A stretch of 63,251 nucleotides of DNA, filler included, from Reclinomonas americana ATCC 50394 (lineage: Eukaryota): assembly GCA_048213135.1 (NCBI GenBank). It is 17 parts of 17 records of this genome, joined end to end, with 100 filler letters (N's around TTAATTAATTAA, not from the genome) between each part and the next. Parts side by side here need not be neighbours in the genome. Positions count along the whole stretch, not along the records: positions 16,193 to 19,466 come from AFZH01019895.1; positions 19,567 to 22,145 come from AFZH01019896.1; positions 22,246 to 26,133 come from AFZH01019897.1; positions 26,234 to 28,407 come from AFZH01019898.1; positions 28,508 to 35,218 come from AFZH01019899.1; 12 more parts are not named here. The stretch is one strand, 5' to 3'. Numbering within the stretch: the stretch's first letter is position 1; the number at the start of each line of letters is the position of its first letter. Shown here piece after piece: positions 19,201-31,500 of this stretch. The notes under the pieces were generated by a model. That model did no database searches. It was given only the letters and a program-made list of their open reading frames with translations, and was not told where the DNA came from. The position numbers and the translations under genes are program-made.

Positions 19201-19466
19201 TGCTCATGTTGCTGGTGGAAAAATGCCGCAACGAAGAAACCTTGTCACGTGTCGGCGGCACCTCTTTCTTCCGTCGTCTGCTCGCCGACCCCGACCCTGC
19301 CATTGCATAGTTCCGTTGCCGCACGCACGTCGCTGTTAGATGCCGACTCTCACTCCCCGTCTTCCCTCCCTCCCGCTCCGGCAGTCACGCCAGCCGCTTC
19401 ATTCTCGAGCAGCTGGTCACCATGCGTGAGGAACAGTACCGCGCCATCTTGCCAAAAGTGATTGCG
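16035..19466 (+). CDS. CLoG1 / At3g12590-like helical-repeat protein, partial (gaps at 16093 and 19467)
   Basis: SVRVSAFTLLLNVGIHAH and the C-terminal VGGTSFFRRLLADPDPAIAYHASRFILEQLVTMREEQY resemble, from recall, the plant CLoG1 family. One junction near 17610-17710 was not resolved. Confidence 0.6.
16211..16293. repeat. (GT)n microsatellite at a contig end
   Basis: Near-perfect GT run. Confidence 0.9.
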
Positions 19467-19566
19467 NNNNNNNNNNNNNNNNNNNNNNNNNNNNNNNNNN
19501 NNNNNNNNNNTTAATTAATTAANNNNNNNNNNNNNNNNNNNNNNNNNNNNNNNNNNNNNNNNNNNN

Positions 19567-22500
19567 TCAGGAAACTCAAGGTCAGCGTGTGGTGCGGAGA
19601 AGGCAGCTTGCTGACAATCACGCACCGCACACGAAATGTCCTTGATTTCGTCGCGCCACTGCAGCTCCCGCTCCAACATAATGTCAGGCAGATCGGCAGT
19701 GGGTCGGCGCGATTCGTCACCATCGTCCTCCGGTGGGAAGTCTCCTTGATTTACAATGTGCAGATCTGTGTGTTGCATTGTGAGTCAGGGGAATGATGGA
19801 GAAAAGACGACGACGTCACGTCAGCACACCGTCGATGAAGAATGCACGGAAGGTGATTGTCTGCTGAGTTCGCTCGTCGCCGTCGTACAGGTGGAGTGTC
19901 GCGTTGTACATGTGTGTGGTGGAGTTCACAGGTCTCTTGCACGCCTCGGGTACTCGTTGTGCCGTCGCCGTGAAGATGCGGAACACAGCTGAACATGTCG
20001 CACGAAAATACACGATTACTCTCCGCAAATGGGGAAGAAAGGAGTGAAGGGCAAGGTACGCAACGGAAGGAGACGAATCCCATCATGTCGTCGCCCGTCA
20101 TGTCTTCGTCAAACACCCGAATCTCGATCGGTGTTACTTGGCGCATGGCGGCCACGGTGCGCTCGGGGAACATGACTGGAATGTACAGGTAGCGCTTGAA
20201 AACGGGGTTGAGGTTCTTGCGCATCACCTGTCGTGAATGCAAGAGAGTGAGAAGTGGAGTAGACAGCAGCGAGCTGAATGAATGAATGAATGGCACAACA
20301 CACCGGTGTCTTGACTGTGATGTGCTGGAAGCTGACTTGCACGTACGGATCGGAAAACATGTTTTCGTCGAATGCCAACAAGTTGCGACACTCTTGAATG
20401 TACAACACCAGGTACGTGTGATGTGGCTTCGGTTCCACTGCGTGAGAGGCAAGAACAAGTTCTGTCAGCACTCTCGAAGGCACGAGTCACGGCTATCGCA
20501 GACACCGTCACCTGGAATGCCAATCTGGCGGTGCTGTGGCTCATTGCGGATCTCCACGGAGCCCGTGATCAGTGCCGTCTTGTGGACTTCGGCGGCAGAG
20601 TCCTCCACGAGAGATCCTACTCCCGGCGTTCGCACTCAGCGCACAGTGAAATAATAATAACAGAAGAACTGTCGAACGCAACTCAGATTGGAAGAGACCA
20701 GCTGCGTCTCGAGTACGCCAGTGAGCGGTACTTGCACCTCTGCCAGAGCGCCAGATGCAATACCGAACAGCGACCGTCGATACACCTTGACACACAGATC
20801 CTCGTTCTCGAACTGCGATCGTGTGCCGTAGTAGGCGATTTCGCCCACCGACTCCCACTGGAATGAATTCAGTAGTCGCTGATTGGAGAAGCCCTCCAGA
20901 TCGGTTCTGCATCGGTCGCCATCAGCTCACGCCACACCAACAGGCACCGCAAGCACGCAATGCAACTCGACGCTGTGTGTGGCCGACAGGCACGAGCGAC
21001 CAAAGAGGCCACCGCGACGCCAGCTGCGCCACGTACGGGGAATCTTGAGTGAGACGCACGCTCTGGAGGGGTGGCCCGGCAGGTTGTCGACGGTCCACTC
21101 GTTGAACTCGATCTCCAGCTTTGTCAGCTCCTCAAAGAAGATGTCGGCCGTCACCACCGCTGCCCTCAGTGCGCACACGCAAACAACAAAACAAACACGA
21201 CGAGTCAGCACCATGGCGCAGGTGTGCGTGCATGTGCAGGAGGCGCGAGGCGAGTGAGAAGGAAAGCACAGGAAAGCGAGAAGACGCAGGAAAGCGACAG
21301 AAGGCAAGAGATACTGAGGCTGGGACAGGGCGAGAGTGGATGAAGGCACAGGGGAACAATAGAATGCTGAGACAGAAAGCGCAGAGAGGCATGGAGAGAA
21401 GGAGGAGGAGAAGAAGAAAAGGCACAGAGAACGAAGAGAGAGAGAGAGAGAGCGAGAGAAGGCAGCAAAGCGAAGAGCGAAAGAACAAGAGAGAGAGTGA
21501 GAGAGAGAGACAGGAGAGTAGTAAGGCACGGCGAGAGGGAGATAGAAGGACAGAGCGCGACAGAAGGCGCAGAAGAGCAACAGAAGGCAAGTGATAAAGA
21601 GACTGGGACAGAGCGAGTGAGAAGGAAGGCACAGGAAAGCGAGAAGACGAGCATATCTTTCTTGCCCGTGTTGCCGGTGCGCTTGTAGATGGGAATCACT
21701 TGCGAGACGTTGCCGTTTGCCAGCCGGTCGAGCCGCACACGCCCCTCGCCCATGAATTTGATGAATGGCCGACAGTTGAGGGTGAAGCAGAATTTGGGCA
21801 CATGAAACAGCTGTGGCGCGAGTGAGCTATCGGCACGGAAGCGCGCAGCCTCCTCTGCAAAACACGTACCTCGACAATCAGGTACTCGCGCTCCATTTGT
21901 GAATACGAGCCGTGCCACCAGTACTTTTTCTCCATGTTCAGGAAGCCTGCGATGCGATGCAAGTGGTGAGCGTTTGTGCGAGTTGCCAGGCCCAGACGCA
22001 CGCACCTGCACTGCCCTTTTCCACAATGTCTCGCGGATCTGGAGCCTCGGGTGTGCCACACTTGAGAATGTCGGTGAAGAACGACTTGAAGCCACGAATT
22101 CCCTTGTCCCATTCCTGGGCGGCCATGATGCATGATGAGAATGCCNNNNNNNNNNNNNNNNNNNNNNNNNNNNNNNNNNNNNNNNNNNNTTAATTAATTA
22201 ANNNNNNNNNNNNNNNNNNNNNNNNNNNNNNNNNNNNNNNNNNNNTCCACACACACACACGCGCGTGATGATCATGTCGCACACCTCACTGCATCGCTTC
22301 CAGTTGGCCACGCGACGCGTGCCACCCAGCGTGATGCGCAGCTTCGGTCGCATGCTCTGGCTCAGCTCGCGGATCTCCAGCTGCTTCAGGCGGAACTTGA
22401 ACTTGCGCTGTTGCTCTCCAGAGAGCACTTGCTGCTCGTCGCACATGAGCACGTGCCACTCTCCGGCAAACTCACTCACTTGTTACACACCTCGTCGTCC

Positions 22501-23063
22501 TCCACCGGCTTCTCATCGTCGTCGGCATCGGGATCGTGCTTGCGCCAGCCGGGATGTCGTGTATTCGATCGATCAGCTGTCGATGCCGCGGCCGTCGATC
22601 CTGCCCCCGACGATGCATGCTCGCCCTCGCTCTCTGCAGTGTCACGCACAGTGAGCACACGGGAGAGAGGAGAGAGGGGAGAGCGAGTGACTCACCGGCC
22701 GATGTCGCGGGTGGAGGGGCAGCGGATGCGGATGCGGTTGGACCAGCTGTCGGTGCGGCTGGTGCGGCTGCTGGAGCAGTTGCTGGAGCTGCTACGCCAC
22801 CGACTCCAGCGCCCGAGTCGGCCGCCTGTGAGTGAAGGGAAGGACGTGTCAATTGTGGAGTTGACTGATGGATTTCGCGCCCACTGTCACAAATGACAAG
22901 CACACACAGAGAAGACGCAAGAGCGCGGCAAGTGCACTCATGTACGAGCGCACACACAAGACGAGAGGACGAGTGCGCACTGATCGCTGGCAGCGATCAC
23001 TTGTCACCACCATTGTGTGTTGCTGACTGTGCCTTTACTCACCGCCGGAGGAGCTGCTGACAT
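19567..23063 (-). CDS. C2-domain-containing protein (probably multi-C2), partial at the 3' end, spans spacer 22146
   Basis: Clear C2 domain: YLVLYIQECRNLLAFDENMFSDPYVQVSF...NLNPVF...IEIRVFDEDMTGDDMMGFV. Further beta-rich exons lie upstream. Probable start MSAAPPA|GTGAGT at 23063. Confidence 0.7.
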
Positions 23064-23242
23064 GAGTGATAAGTGTGTGAGTGTGCGAGTGGGAGGGTGA
23101 GGTGCTTCTGCGTGCTCGCCAGCTGCGCAAGATCCACAGAAAACGAAATTGAGCGCGATTTCTCGATGATGTCGCGTTGTTGGTGCAAAACATTTCCGAT
23201 TGTGTACATTTTCTCCCCACATTGCTGCGTCAGCTAAAGCTG

Positions 23243-24708
23243 CTATACGTCGTCGTTGGTGAGCTTGTCCTTCTCGTCACGATCGCGATCGCGCTTGTCG
23301 CTGTCCCGCGATGAGGAGCCCTTGTCGGCCTTATTATGAACGGCTGGTTGTGGGAGAGGGAGAGGGAGAGGGAGAGAGAGGGAGAGGGAGGGAGAGGGAG
23401 AGGGAGAGGGAGAGGGAGAGGGAGGAAGGAAGAGGAAGAGAGAGGGACAGACAGAAGAGAGAGAGAGAGAAAGGGAGACAAGGGGTCAGTCGTGCACACA
23501 CACTCGAGAACGAGCAAGAATACAAACGGTGACGCACAGGGCTGATGCAAGTGGACGTGCTTGCAGAGCGGGAACGAGAGGCCAGAAGAGGTGGGATACG
23601 TGGGAATAAACCACTTCCAGAAGCTGCTGCCGAGAACACTCCTAAAGTTCTCCAGCACGCCAACGTCGTAGATGTGTCGCCACGTCTGTTCACACACGAG
23701 AAGTGAGCACGTGTGTGCGTGTGGGAGGCAGGGAGCAAGAAAGGAGGGAGGAAGACCTTGCCCTCGACTTCAGTGTGTTGCCTTACTCTCAACCGGTCGA
23801 TCTCAAAGTGCTCTGCAAGACGCACGGGTGAGCGTCGGCTCGCGCATGCGTGGCACAATGAGCGACGACACACCGATAGTGGTCAGATTGTTCCACGTCA
23901 GGAAGGTGTGGAAGCCGAAGAACCCGTACAACATCAGCGATACGGGCAGGCAGATAAAGGACGACAGCAGAATGCCAATCGTCTGTAACGGCGACAACAC
24001 CGTTTGCTGTACGTACACAAGGGTAAGCTTTGCGAATCGCCAATGTGTCTTCCCGCGCACTCAACATCGTTGAAGACGGCGACCAGTCGCGCAATCACGC
24101 CCGTCCACATGTACGTAAACCCAATGGCAATGTAGAAGAGGAACAGATAGAAGAACTTGTAGTTGCGGAAGCCGACTGTGTTCTGCACCCACACGCAGTC
24201 TGCTCGATCGCAGCGAGTCAGAACGCGAGAGTGAGGCGTGCCTGTGCGAAAAGACGCAACAGTGATCCATGCGAGGAACGCATCTGCGCAAATCGGAATG
24301 TGAGATCGCCATTACGGCAGATGCACTGTTACCAACAACACACAGACCGCTTCGACTCGCGACAGTGATGCGCACGTGGTGGCTTATAGTTGTGACACTT
24401 GGCACACAATTTCGCCAAGTGTGCATCCTCCTCCGCCGGCAACTGCCGCACACCAACACATAATCAGCAAACAAAGAGAGACACAAGAGGGCGGGTCCAC
24501 AGACCCACTGCGGGGGCACGCGGCCGGGGTCGGAGAACATGCACATAAAGTAGTTGGTGAGGATCATGGCGATGACGCCCGAGAACACCACAAAATGCAG
24601 CAGCGCTTGCGAGCCGACCATCCACGGCAGCACCACATTCAGCACAAAGTTCAGGTAGCCCGCAAAGATGATGAAAAGCACCGTCACCACAATGCACCAC
24701 TCTACCAT
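23243..24708 (-). CDS. DHHC-family palmitoyl acyltransferase, DHYC variant
   Basis: Two N-terminal TMs, DPG motif, CAKCHNYKPPRAHHCRESKRCVPRMDHYCVWVQNTVGFRNYKFF, two further TMs, NLTTIE-type motif and YDVGVLENFRSVLG. Stop at 23243-23245. Confidence 0.9.
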
Positions 24709-24863
24709 CTCAATCACTCTCTCTCACGCACACACACTCTCTCTCACACACACACACTCTCTCCAACACACACACACACACTCTCCTCTAGTCCTCTATA
24801 CACCACACACGCACACACTGACTTTCACCGATGGACGGAAATTTGCGCGCGAAAAAACACACA

Positions 24864-26133
24864 ATGCAACGTGAGCCGAGTCCCAGTCGCGCGTGGTCGA
24901 CTGCCGCCTCCTCGGCAACGCCTGTGCGCTATGTGTCTACAGTAGCCACGCCGCAGTCGTTTGTCAAGCGGCGACTGCTGTCGCGACGAGAGGCGCCGAC
25001 GACAACGACACAGCGTGTGGTGCCGCCCTCTTCTTCTTCTCGGCGACCAATGCGCGACTATGATGATGATGGAGTGGTGGTCGATGGAGTGGTGGCGGAG
25101 GACGGCGATGAGTCGGATGAGGAACTGTTTGCGCGACGCTCGTCGGTGTGTGTGTGTGTGTGTGCGTGATTGTTTGTGTGTTGTGTGTGTGCTGATGTGT
25201 GTTTTGGCAGTCGTTTTCTGCTGGTGGGCGACCGCCGAGTGCGTCGCGGCCGCCGACTGCACCACGCGAGTCACTAGAGAGAGTGGGTGAGTGTGTGTGT
25301 GGGGAGGGAGAGGCGAGCGACTAGGCGCGCCTACTGTCACCATAGGCAGCGCATACGTAGAGTCTCAATGTGTGCGAGTGAGTGAGTGAGTGTGTGTGTG
25401 CCTTGTGTGATGCTCACTCGTCGGCTGTGTGCTGTATGCAGATGCAGTCGGCGAGGTTGAACGCGTGAAATCGGTGCGTCGCGACTCCTGTGCAACATCG
25501 CCTTTGTTTTTTGTCGGCATCGACTGACGCTTCATGCAGGACTTTCGACGGCGTCTGGCGCAACTGGAGCGGCAGTTTACCAGCGAGGCCGATGCGTTGC
25601 TGGAGGATTACCTGCGGCAACTCGAGGTGTGCTGCGGTGTCACGTGTGAGTCGATTGCACTCGTCGCTCACTGTCCATGTCTGCAGTCGCTCCAGGCGAG
25701 TGAACAGTCGCAGCCATCTGCGCCCAGAAGGTCTTTTTTTTTTGCATCGCCACTGCTGCCTTTCGGTGTGCTGTCTGCCTCATCATGCGTGCACAGATCG
25801 GTGGTGTGGGAGGCCGCGGCGTCGGCCGCTCTCAGCACGGTGAATCAGCGTCGCGAGTCGGCGACACCTGTGCCACTGCGTAGCGAGTCACCGGCGGCGT
25901 ATCACAGCCGGTCACGTGATGGTGCACGTGCGTCGTGTTGCGTGCCGCCGCTGCGCCTCCATCGCTCGCCTCCTCGCACTTTCGCCTCACACTGTCCTCA
26001 CTGTGCAGCCGCCGCCGCGCCAGTAACATCGTCTCGAACGAGCGTCGCCAGCGACACCGCCGCAGCCTATTCAGTGGATACACGGGGAGGAGGAGGAGGA
26101 GGAGGAGGAGCTGCAACAGCAGCTGCAGCTGCG
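24864..26133 (+). CDS. Hypothetical low-complexity/coiled-coil protein, 3' part lost in the gap
   Basis: ATG in the CA-rich context seen at other starts. Exons bounded by GT-AG, including DFRRRLAQLERQFTSEADALLEDYLRQLE. Confidence 0.45.
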
Positions 26134-26233
26134 NNNNNNNNNNNNNNNNNNNNNNNNNNNNNNNNNNNNNNNNNNNNTTAATTAATTAANNNNNNNNNNN
26201 NNNNNNNNNNNNNNNNNNNNNNNNNNNNNNNNN

Positions 26234-28359
26234 TTGTTGTGGCGACGACTGCGGTAAAAGAGCGGCGACATGCGCGCCAACTGGATGCAGAAGCTGCTGC
26301 ACGCGCTGTCGGGCAACCACCGGCGACCGCATCAGCGGCACGGTGGCGCTGAGCGAAGAATCAGCCATGCCCGGCGGTGGCGACTCAAACGACCGCGATT
26401 GCTCATGCAACGACTGCACTCGTGGTATTCTCGGCAGCACCGTGGTGTTTGGCGACCTCGGTCGGTGGTGCGTCGACATCAAGTTGCTGCGCGACTGCAA
26501 CGGGCTGCTGGTCATGGACGACACAGCGCGGTCGTGCACGGGTGCGCGCACGCCAGAGTGAGTGCCTGCGGGCATCGGCGAGAGCGAACGTGCGCGACCG
26601 GAATCGCGGCGAACAGCCACCTCCATCACCAGCGACTGGCGCGTCTTGAGCGGTGCTGCCAACGCGCGCTGACCGGTCAGTTCCATGAGCGGCGCCGGTA
26701 TGTCCGATTTGTAGCGCGGATGCACACCAACCGCACTGACTGCATGCCCTGCTCCCGACCGCGGTGGTGATGCTTGACGCAGTTGTTGTTGTTGTTGTTG
26801 TTGTTGCTGCTGGTGTTGCTGTTGTTGTGATGGTGGCGGCGAGTGGGACTGCTTGCGCACAGCGGGGAGGCGCACGCTGGAGTTGGACGGCGATCGCTGC
26901 AGCGTGGTCATGCGCATGGTCGTCTCGCTGGCCACGTTGGAACACGCGGCACGTGCGTCGGCGATTACACGCAAGATGCTATCGGCGTAGCCGCCGTTGT
27001 TGGCGTTGCCGGCACCGCTGCCGCCGTGAACCGCAGCCGTGGGCGTGAGGGCGGCACCCATGAGACTGTGGCTGCTGCTGTTGGGGTTGAAGGAGGCCAG
27101 GGGCGCGGCAATATCCTGCACCATCGTGTAGCCGCCAACCAGCCGCGGCTGTGCGAGGGCCGACACGGACGTCGCACCTGGTGTCGACGGTCGAGGCCCG
27201 CTGTGTGCTCGTGCGCTTTCGCCCACCACCGACAAGTCCGCCGGCTGCGGTGGCTGCTGCTGTAATCTCTGTATGATGGGGCCGACGCGGTTGAGCCGTG
27301 CCGAGGAGGCCGCCGACGACGACGATGTGGAGTCGGTGCTTTCGGTAGCATTGGGGCCGTGCGCGGCGGCGGCAAGTGACGAGGAGGCCGCCGAGCGCGC
27401 CGATCCGGCCATGCCCATGTTCTGCAAGTGCTGTACCACCGCCGTGGTCGACGCCACCGAGGCGCCCTGCGTGGCCAGGTCGGGCAACTCGAAGAACTGT
27501 GCAAACATGTCGCGTCCTTGCACGGCCAACCTGTCGCCTTCTCCTTCTTGGCGTTGTTCCGCCGGCGGCAGCGGCGATAGTTGCTGCTCGTCCAACGGCT
27601 GCGACCAGGGATGCGGGGAGGTCTCACCGCCACCACCGCCTCCACCTCCGATCGCGACACCGCCTCCACTACTAACACCATCGCCACCCATGATGCCTGC
27701 TTGGTCCGACAGCGCACGTGGCAGCGGCAGTGCAACCTCGGCGAGTGTCGTGGCCATTGCTGCGAGGATCGAACACACACCATATATGATCAGAACACCG
27801 GCGCCGGTAATAAGGGAATCGGAGTGGCGAGAGAGTGGGAATGGGAGAATCAGAGAGGAGGAGGAGGAGGAGGAGGAGAGGGAGAGGGGAAAAGGAGAGA
27901 ATACGGGGGCGAGAAACAACGGTGTCCCGTGAATGTATGTGCAACGGTCTGAATCGCGCGACCACTATCGGAAAACCAACTCGTCGCTGCGTCAGAGATG
28001 CGCAGGCGACACACACCAAGGGAGAGACAAACAATCACGAATCTTAAACGACGAAAACGTGGCAATTGAGTGCAGCTTTGCGCTCGGGCGATCGAAACAG
28101 AGCGAACAAGCACAGAGAAGGAAAGTATTCCGCGGGCACGCCACTCCAAGAGTGGTCTTTCGCCAGTCGGGAGAGTGGAGGCAGAAGGGAGAGGAAAGAG
28201 GTGATGATAATGATGAGTGAGTGGAGGCAAGATGCAATCGAAAACCACAAAGCGCACTCTTCAGCTGAATATTGCTTCCTATTGAATTCGAAACCGTCGG
28301 GTGGCGGTGGTGGTGGTGAATCCTGCACTGACTCACTCACACTCTCCACTCATCACCAT
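26234..28359 (-). CDS. Hypothetical Ser/Ala/Pro/Gln-rich disordered protein; 5' exon structure uncertain, 3' end in the gap
   Basis: ~1.5-kb uninterrupted reading frame (26234-~27760) with poly-Q and poly-G tracts. Upstream small exons were not resolved. Confidence 0.5.
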
Positions 28360-28556
28360 GACACAAGAGGAGAGCACAACACACACAGAGAGAGAGGACG
28401 ACAGAAANNNNNNNNNNNNNNNNNNNNNNNNNNNNNNNNNNNNNNNNNNNNTTAATTAATTAANNNNNNNNNNNNNNNNNNNNNNNNNNNNNNNNNNNNN
28501 NNNNNNNCGTAAAAATAATTCCCGGCATCCTGGTGCTTGGCAATAATGGGGGTCTT

Positions 28557-31500
28557 TCAACGGCGACCTGCACACGCAGCGCATGAGAAGAGTTTCGTGC
28601 GGCGACGAGACACCGCCGGCGGCAAACGCACCCTTGTGGAACAAGCGAAGAATCAACCAAGAAATGATGCGGTAGCCAACGAGGTGAACAACGAGGATGC
28701 CGGCGTCGCGACCAACGCTCACACTTTGCATGTCGTAAAAGTTGAGAACGTCCTGCATCCGCACACAGAGTAGTGAGATGCGCTTGCTGAGGATAATGTC
28801 GAGAAGCGATGCGTAAGTGAGAGGAACCTGGCCAGTGGGGAAACGGCAGGAGGACGTGTTCTCGCACGACAGAGTACGACCGTCGAACTGTGCAACAACG
28901 ACCAAATACATGGGATGGGAGTTAGGTCTCGCGATATCATATACTGAGCGATGGTGCGAGGCACGCAACTTCAGCCCACATGAACTGTAGATGGGAAGGA
29001 TTGGGAGGATAATATATATAGATGTCAACAACACATTCGACAGCAGTCGCAGCGGAGACGATTCGAGGAAAAGCGTACATACCAGACGGAACTGCAGACA
29101 GAAAATATGTGATGAGTGAGAACGGCTGCAGGTGTGATCGGGCTTTTGAGGGTGAAGCAACGCAACTCCGTAAGTATGGAAACCGAGGTAGTAACACCAG
29201 ATCCACCTGCAAACATGCAAGGAAAAAGGAGTCAGACGCCACCGCCGCGAAGGATGACAGATTCATGCGTAGCGTACCAGCCGTGGATGTTGCGAGGAAC
29301 AATGAAGAAGCCTGCAACAAAGAGTAGGTTTGGGCTCAAGAGACACATGCATTCTGGACTCGCGTACAGCAAGCACGTACACACCCTCGTTCAGCATGAA
29401 CATGGCGTAGGCGCCAGCTGCATGGACAGTCACACACAGAAGAGATGAGGGCACAGTGAAATAGTCGAGCTCTGCGGCGGCGGCGCACAAACCTCCCAAG
29501 GCGAGACCGACAATGTAGTGGGGCACACTGCTCGAGATAACTGGAAAGAGTGTGAGTGAGCGATGGGTGAGCGAGCGCGAGTTTCTCCTTGCGTTTCACA
29601 CATACCCATCATCAGCGCCTCGGCGCAGCAGAGGCACAGGAAGAGCGACAGGAGGAATACTCCGAAACGACCAGAGGTGGTATTCAGTGGAACCATCCAG
29701 TACAGAATGACCGACCTGGAGTGCCTCTGTCGTCAGCTGCTATATGAGCAGAAACACACACGCAGTCTCAGACGACGCAACGAGAGAAGAGCAATGGCAA
29801 ATACACCGGGGAAGGATGTCAGCGTGTTCGAAACGACGTAGGCCAGTGGTCCGTATAATCCTGTGCAGGGATGAATGACAGTGAGTGACGGGCAGCAAGT
29901 GCACGCAAGCTGCACACGCAGACAGAGCAAACCATTTGCGCGTTCTTTAGTGAACACCGGCCGCTCCTCGATAAACATCGGCACAACGGCACTGCGGACA
30001 CAGCACGGAGTGAGCCAACATCGACTCAGGCACCGTCAGCAGCATCGCTACGGTCACGCACATGCTCATGAACACCATGAAAGCGCAGACGAAGAAGAGA
30101 ATAGAGATGCGGTCCTGCACGTCGGCTTGGTAGAGGCCAAGGTTCAGGTACATAGTACCTGAAAAAAGATGGTGAAGATTTGTTGAGTACTGGGAGAGGG
30201 ACTGTAGGAAAATGAGAAGAGGTGGGGAGCGGTGCTCACCGAGGGTGACGGCGAGCATGGCATACATGGCCAAACTGCATCGAGAGGGATTGAGCTGCAG
30301 CTTCGCGCACACAGCCTGCTAATGAGGAAGAAACACGTACCGGACCCAGTAGATGCCTGGGTTGCGTACATTGTTGAGCAGGCTGCGCAGTGAGAGGTAC
30401 CACTGTGCGAGAGGAGAGAGATGAGTCGAGTGAACAAACAGATGTTTTCGTGTACACCGCACACACCAGCTGCTTCATCCATCCAACACCGCGGTGCACT
30501 TCACGATCAGACACCAGCGGCTCCTGTGTGCTCTGCACGGCACGGACTCTGTGGTGGAGAAAGAAGGAAGTAGGAATATTGCGTGTGAGACCACCAAGCG
30601 AAAGTCGATCGATGCTTCGCTATTGAAAACCGCCCGCAACTCTCGATCGAGTCGAGCCTTCTCGGGTCCCTCGGTAAAATTGGAGGCAAGGGCCTCCAGG
30701 TCGGCGTGCTGGTTTCATTCGAGAAAGCAGAAGTATGTGTGCGTGAGAGAGAGAGAGACGGGCAGTCATCATAATGCAGTGCGTGCAGACCTTGGGGAAA
30801 TCAGTGTTCACCAAATCCTACACACATGCATGGTCGTCAGCTCCACAAGCACACAGCACAAACAAAAAAGAGTGGAACACACACCATGGCAAAGTCAGCG
30901 GGATTCGTCTCAGGGGGCACGGGGTAGCCAGCCGACGTCAGGTATCCCGACAGACTGCCGGTCGGGCCGAAATACATGGTGCGACCTTTGGAGAGGATCA
31001 TGCAGTTCGTCATCAAGTGGAACACGTAGCTGGAGGGCTGCGACGGTGGTACATGAGCAACATCGACAAATAAGACACAAGAGGGAGAAAACGACGAACC
31101 TGGTGAATCGTGCACACCACAGTGTGTCCACACGCGGCCAAGTCGACCAGCACCTCCATAATGGCGGCGGCACTGGCCGAGTCAAGACCACTCGTCGGCT
31201 CATCCCTGAGTGTGCGCGAGTGTCAATACTGGAGGAGAGCAATGCGCAGCAGCAGTACCACGGAGGAGTTGCGCAACAAGAAGAGAATGGACGGGTCGGC
31301 CAGCAGCTCGCAGCCGATGCTGAACGGGGGCGCACAAGTGAGATGACAGCAGGGGTAGAAGTGGAATTCGAAGGGTAACACCAACCTGACACGACGCTTC
31401 TGACCGCCGGAGATGCCCTTTTGGAAGACTGTGGAGGGGAGGAGAATTAGGAGAAGGGGGAGGGGAATTAGGGGAAGGAGGAACAGGGAAAGCATGAGGA

